10,290 nt of DNA from positions 1-10,290 of the forward strand of contig JBHLPL010000069.1 in NCBI GenBank assembly GCA_048939465.1. The letters run 5' to 3'. This DNA is from Promethearchaeota archaeon (GTDB lineage: Archaea > Asgardarchaeota > Odinarchaeia > Odinarchaeales > JBHLKK01). Each line of letters begins with the position of its first letter. Within the stretch, counting starts at the first letter, position 1. The position numbers and the translations under genes were made by a program. Positions 5,576-10,290 of the stretch are shown here, piece after piece. The notes beneath the pieces are model-generated. The model was not told where the DNA came from, searched no databases, and was given only the letters and a program-made list of their open reading frames with translations.

Positions 5576-6445
5576 CTAACTCCTGTAGAAGTCTGTTGAT
5601 GGCTCAACCGGCCTGCTGTCTTTTATGAAGGTCCCCTCTCTCAAATCACGGAAGGCCTTCTCCAACTCATCCTGAGTATTCATAACTATGGGACCCCCCC
5701 AAGCTACGGGCTCGTTTATCGGCTTGCCGGACACCAGCAGAAAATCGAGTTTATCCTCAGATCTTATTCTGACGCTTTCACCGCGGCCAAACAAGACACA
5801 ATGCCGGGATTCAATCAACTCATCAGCAAAATAGCCACTGCCTTCTACAACATATGCAAAAACTCGTGCATCTGTCATCGTCTTATGAACGAATTCAGTC
5901 TCAGGTTGAATCTCTACATGCAGGTATTCAACATCGACAGCGAGGTCTTTAACAGGTCCCTTCACATCGTTGACCTTGCCCGCTATGATTTTGATTTTCA
6001 CACCTTCCTTTTCCAGCACAGGAATCTTATCACTTTCGATTCCACGATATCTCGGCCCCATCATTTTCCTAGCGGAAGGTAGATTTACCCAAAGCTGAAA
6101 GCCCTCCATTAAGCCATCATACCTCTGAGGCATCTCTTGGTGGATTATTCCGGAGCCAGCTGTCATCCACTGGACATCTCCAGATCTAATGATTCCTCTA
6201 TTGCCTATGCTGTCTCCGTGTTCAACCTCACCAGCTAACATGTATGTAACGGTCTCAATACCTCTGTGAGGATGCCAAGGAAAGCCCCGTATGTAGTCCT
6301 CTGGATTTCGAGATCCAAAGTGATCCAAGAGTAGGAAAGGATCAAACATCGGTACTTCTCGGAAACCGAAAACACGCTTCAGCTTGACACCGGCACCTTC
6401 CAATGTAGGTTTGCTTTTTAGAATATGCTCAACTTTTCTTTGCAT
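5576..6445 (-). CDS. Pirin family bicupin protein (Pirin + Pirin_C)
   Basis: DPFLLLDHF, FPWHPHRGIETVTY, VQWMTAGSGIIHQE, GFQLWVNLP, EPVAWGGPIVMNT; the His-His-His-Glu metal ligand set is intact. Confidence 0.96.
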   Translation of the reverse strand: MQRKVEHILKSKPTLEGAGVKLKRVFGFREVPMFDPFLLLDHFGSRNPEDYIRGFPWHPHRGIETVTYMLAGEVEHGDSIGNRGIIRSGDVQWMTAGSGIIHQEMPQRYDGLMEGFQLWVNLPSARKMMGPRYRGIESDKIPVLEKEGVKIKIIAGKVNDVKGPVKDLAVDVEYLHVEIQPETEFVHKTMTDARVFAYVVEGSGYFADELIESRHCVLFGRGESVRIRSEDKLDFLLVSGKPINEPVAWGGPIVMNTQDELEKAFRDLREGTFIKDSRPVEPSTDFYRS

Positions 6446-6469
6446 AGTTTTCGGGAGACTATTTGAGAA

Positions 6470-6479
6470 TATATAACTT
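6470..6479 (-). promoter_or_regulatory. TATA box for a leaderless pirin transcript
   Basis: AAGTTATATA on the minus strand about 25 nt upstream of ATG 6445, in the 40-bp intergenic gap. Confidence 0.5.
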
Positions 6480-6485
6480 CTCTTT

Positions 6486-6845
6486 TCATGGCAGTCTTCG
6501 TCCGCAACCTATACAGAATTGTGCATCACTCGGATTTTCATAACCACAGTCTGGGCATACAACATCAAAAGACTGTATCCCCTCACTTGATCTGGGCTCA
6601 GTTTCTCTAGGAAGATCTTCCCTTGAACGAGGAGATTCGGTCGGTTCAGGAATAACGGCCTCTCTGGATGACGACTTCAATCTGGGTAAAATTATCGCAA
6701 AAACCGCTAGAAATACCGTAATACCAAGGAAGACAATAAGGGAGGATGAATAAAGGAGATCAAAGTTCACTACCAAGTAGATCAGTATGACAATGACTGA
6801 GAAGAACAACCTAGCAAACTTCGACCTCGTACTAGATCCATTCAA
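6486..6845 (-). CDS. Small membrane protein: two N-terminal TM helices, low-complexity linker, C-terminal double zinc ribbon
   Basis: Hydrophobic LFFSVIVILIYLVVNF and LIVFLGITVFLAVFAIIL; CPDCGYENPSDAQFCIGCG matches the zinc_ribbon_2/DZANK-type CxxC-x10-CxxC pattern. Confidence 0.85.
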   Translation of the reverse strand: MNGSSTRSKFARLFFSVIVILIYLVVNFDLLYSSSLIVFLGITVFLAVFAIILPRLKSSSREAVIPEPTESPRSREDLPRETEPRSSEGIQSFDVVCPDCGYENPSDAQFCIGCGRRLP

Positions 6846-6949
6846 ACTATATTCTCCTCACCGACTATGACTGGAAAATCAAATCTAATAAACCTTAGCA
6901 AATCTTGGTTGACCGATGACCTGGCAAGCTAACAAGAGACTTCTGATTC

Positions 6950-6961
6950 AAAAGAAAAAAA
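6950..6961 (-). terminator. Oligo-T archaeal terminator after the 54-aa ORF
   Basis: TTTTTTTCTTTT on the minus strand about 40 nt after the stop at 7004. Confidence 0.5.
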
Positions 6962-7003
6962 TAAGAGGACCTGTGCTTAGCCTCTGGGAAGTAGACATTA
7001 AAG

Positions 7004-7168
7004 CTAATCTTTGAAGGAAATGATGCCTGCTATGGCCAAGACAATCAATCCAGCGCCAAGGATTGGTTCGGTGTCATAATCTCTAGGAATACCAGTGAAA
7101 GACAGTACAAGGGAGGCGAGTCCCAACACTATTCCTATTACATAAAGGGCCATTGCTCCGATCTTCAT
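7004..7168 (-). CDS. Unannotated 54-aa two-TM membrane protein
   Basis: MKIGAMALYVIGIVLGLASLVLSFTGIPRDYDTEPILGAGLIVLAIAGIISFKD*; GGAAGGTG RBS upstream, BRE/TATA at 7216-7234 and oligo-T terminator downstream. Confidence 0.8.
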   Translation of the reverse strand: MKIGAMALYVIGIVLGLASLVLSFTGIPRDYDTEPILGAGLIVLAIAGIISFKD

Positions 7169-7215
7169 CGTGGCAACACCTTCCGATGATTTGACACACC
7201 ATAATGCTATAGATA

Positions 7216-7234
7216 TTATAAAAAAGCTTTTTGC
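7216..7234 (-). promoter_or_regulatory. BRE/TATA promoter of the 54-aa ORF, overlapped by a 12-bp palindrome
   Basis: Minus strand GCAAAAAGCTTTTTTATAA; perfect palindrome AAAAAGCTTTTT at 7221-7232. Confidence 0.55.
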
Positions 7235-7305
7235 AACATTTCGCTCGCAAGCAGGGCAAAAAACACCTTCAGTCTCTTTTATGAAGCGCTAATAGGAATA
7301 GTCAC

Positions 7306-7986
7306 TCACTTTCTTAGCCTTCTTTGAACGGCTTCGCTTTCAAGTTCTCTAATGGCGTTGGAGGCGATCCAGCGGGCGGCCTTGGAATCAATCTGCCGAA
7401 TCTCGTTGGCGGTTCTAATGGCAGCCTTGTTCAGACTCAGATTCCTTTTTCCGATGTTCCTGAGTGCCCAGTTCACTGCTTTCTTCACGAAATTCCGATC
7501 ATCTGTGGCTTCGTTCTTCAGCACAGGAAACAGCCTTGTGAATTTCTCATCTTCAGCCTCCTTATCATGCCAAGCTAAGCAGGCTATGAGTGCAAAAGCA
7601 GCTCTCTTAACAAACTCCTCTTCCCGCTCGGACCACTCAAGGATTTTTTTCCAAGCAAGAGGTGTCTTTTCAAAAAGATTCATACATACCTGATCGCAGA
7701 TGTCCCAAGAGTTGATGTCCTTCACCCAATCCTCCATCTGATTCTCCGTCACCTTCTCAGGTTCGTCTACCATCGCTGCGACGATTCTTGCCTCAGCTAT
7801 CCGCGTTTCCCATAGATCTATTGCGAGTTGGTGATCCTTTCCCACCTCTTTTGCTATCTTTCGCATATCGGGCACGGATACCCCTAGTCTTTTTTCGGCT
7901 ACCATTCCGTATCGGGACATCCCTTCTAATTGATCAGGTCTAGCTTTTCCTTTTAGTTTCCTTAAAACCTCTTTGACAGAAGTCAT
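7306..7986 (-). CDS. alkD: DNA alkylation repair protein, AlkD-like HEAT-repeat glycosylase
   Basis: LGVSVPDMRKIAK, INSWDICDQ, EEFVKRAAF and DRNFVKKAVNWALRNIGKRN carry the Trp/Asp/Arg/Trp residues characteristic of the AlkD family; GGGGAG RBS upstream. Confidence 0.88.
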   Translation of the reverse strand: MTSVKEVLRKLKGKARPDQLEGMSRYGMVAEKRLGVSVPDMRKIAKEVGKDHQLAIDLWETRIAEARIVAAMVDEPEKVTENQMEDWVKDINSWDICDQVCMNLFEKTPLAWKKILEWSEREEEFVKRAAFALIACLAWHDKEAEDEKFTRLFPVLKNEATDDRNFVKKAVNWALRNIGKRNLSLNKAAIRTANEIRQIDSKAARWIASNAIRELESEAVQRRLRK

Positions 7987-8117
7987 GTTTAATCTCCCCT
8001 ATTCTTCTCACAGGCACGATTTGGCCGGAATTTAAGGGAATTGATTCCTTTCTGTTTTTTTAGCAAAAAGATAGAAATCTGAATAATCAGAGAAGACAGA
8101 GCTCAATAGACCTGTCT

Positions 8118-8702
8118 CTATTTCTTCATAGAAATATAGAGATCCCGGATTTTTCTCTCAAGACTCAACTGTTCCTCAAATTCTTCATCAGACATGATAA
8201 TCCTTCTTGCGGTTTTTGCAGCGTCCTGCTTAGTTATTAGATCAACATCTTCAAAAGAGGAAAGTTTTTCATAGTACTCCTCAGACTCTGCTAGGGCACT
8301 CAGTCTGTTTTCCGCTTTAACAATTCCTTCAGCAGTTTTTTTGTTATACTCCAATCCAAGACCGATCTTGTTTAAGCTATCGACCACCAGTTTTACAAGC
8401 TCCCTTTGAACCTTAACCCCTTCACGAGTCTCTCCTATCATAAAATTGAAAACTTCCGCCGTGGATTGATAGAAGCTTTCAATCAAATGTCCTGACCTCT
8501 TCTCACTGACCACCTGGACCATATCAGCTTTCTTCAGCTTCTGAATATGGTGGTAAACGGTCTGGGGGGACAGCTCCAAAGTTTCAGCGATTTGGCTTAC
8601 ACTCATTGGCTTGGCCCTGAGCAGGAATATTATTCTTCTCCTGGTCTCATCTCCAATTAATTGACAGCACTCTGGGTCTCTTATGATCTTTACAGGTTTC
8701 AC
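8118..8702 (-). CDS. ArsR/SmtB-like winged helix-turn-helix transcriptional regulator with C-terminal extension
   Basis: DETRRRIIFLLRAKPMSVSQIAETLELSPQTVYHHIQKLKKADMV is a typical ArsR/HTH_20 domain; GTG start with GAGGTG RBS. Confidence 0.9.
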   Translation of the reverse strand: MKPVKIIRDPECCQLIGDETRRRIIFLLRAKPMSVSQIAETLELSPQTVYHHIQKLKKADMVQVVSEKRSGHLIESFYQSTAEVFNFMIGETREGVKVQRELVKLVVDSLNKIGLGLEYNKKTAEGIVKAENRLSALAESEEYYEKLSSFEDVDLITKQDAAKTARRIIMSDEEFEEQLSLERKIRDLYISMKK

Positions 8703-8735
8703 TCAACTGCACCTCTGACTTGAGCTCTTACCATT

Positions 8736-8763
8736 TATATAAGTATTTTATTACTATATAAGT
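8736..8763. repeat. Direct repeat TATATAAGT x2 (19-bp period) in the divergent ArsR/microprotein promoter
   Basis: TATATAAGT at 8736-8744 and 8755-8763; the first copy doubles as the minus-strand TATA box (TTATATAA) for the ArsR gene. Confidence 0.6.
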
Positions 8764-8800
8764 GTTTGTATTCTAAGACATGGGTTTGTGGGAATGAAAG

Positions 8801-8815
8801 CGAAATCTTTATATA
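8801..8815 (+). promoter_or_regulatory. BRE/TATA promoter for the microprotein
   Basis: CGAAATC followed by TTTATATA (8808-8815). Confidence 0.55.
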
Positions 8816-8887
8816 CTGATATGTGTATTGTTATTATGATGTATATCTTCATATGGAGATATGCATCAGAGAGCGGAGGTAAAGTAA

Positions 8888-9001
8888 ATGGCTGTTATAA
8901 TAAAAGGAAGGAAAAACGTATCCAAGCGGATTGAAAACCCAAGAGATGGTTTGACTGCAAGTCAGACTGCTCAGCTGTTAAGACACCCGGCACTGATTTG
9001 A
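8888..9001 (+). CDS. Putative 37-aa basic microprotein of unknown function
   Basis: MAVIIKGRKNVSKRIENPRDGLTASQTAQLLRHPALI*; perfect GGAGGT RBS (8875-8880) 7 nt upstream, promoter upstream and hairpin/T-tract right after the stop. Confidence 0.6.
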   Translation: MAVIIKGRKNVSKRIENPRDGLTASQTAQLLRHPALI

Positions 9002-9005
9002 AGTC

Positions 9006-9050
9006 ACTCCTCGCGTCTCTAGGAGACGCATCCTGGGGTTTTATTTATTC
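9006..9050 (+). terminator. Hairpin plus T-tract terminator after the microprotein
   Basis: GCGTCTC-TAG-GAGACGC (9013-9029), outer ACTCC/GGGGT pairing, then TTTTATTTATTC. Confidence 0.55.
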
Positions 9051-9189
9051 TATATTTCCCTATGTTCTGTTGTTTTTGTTGATCGGTTTTTTGGTGCTTT
9101 ATGAGATCGAATTTGCGGCGTTTTAATAGCAGGTTCGTAATTAATAAGGGGAGACGATCTTTTACTATCCTCAAGAGAGGGCAACAAAA

Positions 9190-10125
9190 ATGAACAAAAC
9201 AAGAGTGACACAGAAGATATATGCTGGATTGAGGGAAAAAGGATATCAAGGACGTATAGTCTCTGCCCGCCACATTGGCGAACTTCAGAATGATATTAAA
9301 AGACTCCGCCAGAAAGGTCTCTTTGATCAAGAATTCTATCAGGATTATCGTTCATACTTTGAATTTGATCCCTCTGAAGTCCTACAGGAAATTAGTTCCC
9401 TGATCGTGGTCGCCGTTCCTCAACCTCAAACCCAAGTCAATTTCCGTTGGAATGGAGAAACGGTTTCCCTACTTGTTCCTCCGCACTATTTATTTGGGAG
9501 GGAAACCGATAAGGGAGTTGAAGACATCTTGGCGGGAATCCTTTCCCCGATCGGATACAAGATAGCGAGGGCTAGACTGCCTATTAAGCTTCTGGCAGTA
9601 CGGAGTGGGTTGGCAAAATACGGAAAGAACAACATTAGCTACGTCCCAGGAATGGGTAGTTTTCACCGGCTTGTGGCCTTCTACTCAAACCTTCCCTGCG
9701 AAGAAGATAACTGGCAGGAATCACAGATGTTGGAGAGATGTGAAAAGTGTTCTGCCTGTCTCCGTAAATGCCCTACCGAGGCAATCACTTCTGAACGGTT
9801 TCTGTTGCATGCCGAACGGTGTATTACATATCTTAATGAGAAACCCTCACACATACCCTTCCCAAGTTGGTTGGATCCTTCTTGGCACAACTGTCTTGTT
9901 GGATGCATTCTCTGTCAGAAAGCATGCCCAGAGAATAAGGATTTCCTAAACAGGATCGATCAAGGAGCAGAATTCTCAGATGAGGAAACAGCCATGCTTT
10001 TGAAGGGCGTGCCTTTCGATCAGTTTCCCGCTTCGCTTCTACAGAAATTAAGGAAGTGCGGTCTAATTGAATACGACTACATTATGCCCCGAAATCTAGA
10101 CGTTTTCCTCAAAACCAGCGATTAA
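9190..10125 (+). CDS. QueG / reductive-dehalogenase-like protein with two [4Fe-4S] clusters, probably cobalamin-binding; not a canonical epoxyqueuosine reductase
   Basis: LAVRSGLAKYGKNN...GMGSF, CEKCSACLRKCPTEAI, RCITYLNE and GCILCQKACP give the QueG-type CxxCxxCxxxCP...C...CxxCxxxCP arrangement; the QueG (V)DTG segment is replaced by ARARLP. Confidence 0.82.
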   Translation: MNKTRVTQKIYAGLREKGYQGRIVSARHIGELQNDIKRLRQKGLFDQEFYQDYRSYFEFDPSEVLQEISSLIVVAVPQPQTQVNFRWNGETVSLLVPPHYLFGRETDKGVEDILAGILSPIGYKIARARLPIKLLAVRSGLAKYGKNNISYVPGMGSFHRLVAFYSNLPCEEDNWQESQMLERCEKCSACLRKCPTEAITSERFLLHAERCITYLNEKPSHIPFPSWLDPSWHNCLVGCILCQKACPENKDFLNRIDQGAEFSDEETAMLLKGVPFDQFPASLLQKLRKCGLIEYDYIMPRNLDVFLKTSD

Positions 10126-10153
10126 AGTTGCCTGCAGTCAATAGGGGATAAAG

Positions 10154-10290
10154 ATGAGCAAAGAGAGAAGATTCCCTCAGTTGGAAACCGAAAGGTTAAT
10201 CTTAAGAGAGTTGACGCTGGATGATGTTGAGTTCTATTTTCACCATTTCAACAACGAAGAAATAATAGATGGCTCATGCTTTCCAGGACC
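10154..10290 (+). CDS. GNAT N-acetyltransferase, RimJ/RimL family, N-terminal part (runs off the window edge)
   Basis: Not in the ORF track. MSKERRFPQLETERLILRELTLDDVEFYFHHFNNEEI...; FPxLETERLILR is the classic RimJ/RimL N-terminus; AGGGGA RBS upstream. Confidence 0.85.
   Translation, partial: MSKERRFPQLETERLILRELTLDDVEFYFHHFNNEEIIDGSCFPG

Noticed and set aside
6528-6535. 8-nt match (ACTCGGAT) to the start of the predicted omegaRNA guide inside the zinc-ribbon gene
   Set aside because: An 8-mer is expected about 0.3 times by chance in 20 kb of both strands, and it is not preceded by TCAC in the right register.
5801-7693. ORFs 5801-6082, 7324-7578 and 7352-7693
   Set aside because: Antisense shadows of pirin and AlkD.
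9019-9949. ORFs 9019-9330 (-), 9605-9949 (+) and 9681-9908 (-)
   Set aside because: Overlap the QueG-like gene or its terminator/promoter region; no motifs.
9190-10125. Assigning the gene symbol queG
   Set aside because: Catalytic DTG segment absent and archaeal context; family-level call only.
1-10290. CRISPR array, tRNA, rRNA, SRP or RNase P RNA
   Set aside because: No regularly spaced repeats, cloverleaf or conserved signature seen by eye.

Overview
Archaeal genomic DNA (TATA/BRE-type promoters, GGAGG(T) ribosome-binding sites, leaderless starts, oligo-T terminators; Bathyarchaeia-like is only an inference from protein style). It is a loosely organised accessory/stress region. In order: 5'-partial M24 Xaa-Pro peptidase (-), TPR protein (+), two head-to-head DUF72 paralogs only 46 bp apart (a degenerate one with a C-terminal extension; a canonical one with a PIP-box-like motif and an HxC...CxH SWIM finger), a membrane-embedded LpxH-like metallophosphoesterase (-), a 670-bp non-coding gap, pirin (-), two small 2-TM proteins (-; one missed by the ORF track), AlkD-like glycosylase (-), ArsR-like regulator (-), a divergent 37-aa microprotein with promoter/RBS/terminator (+), a QueG-like cobalamin/Fe-S protein lacking the QueG DTG motif (+), and a partial RimJ/RimL GNAT (+). 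The strongest non-coding signal lies in the gap: a TnpB/IS200-IS605 omegaRNA-like scaffold (about 5288-5380, ending GTAGTTCAC) with intact stems and pseudoknot complementarity, its own TATA box, and no tnpB or tnpA ORF, i.e. an apparently orphan guide-RNA cassette or MITE. All family assignments are from motif recognition by eye; no database searches were run.
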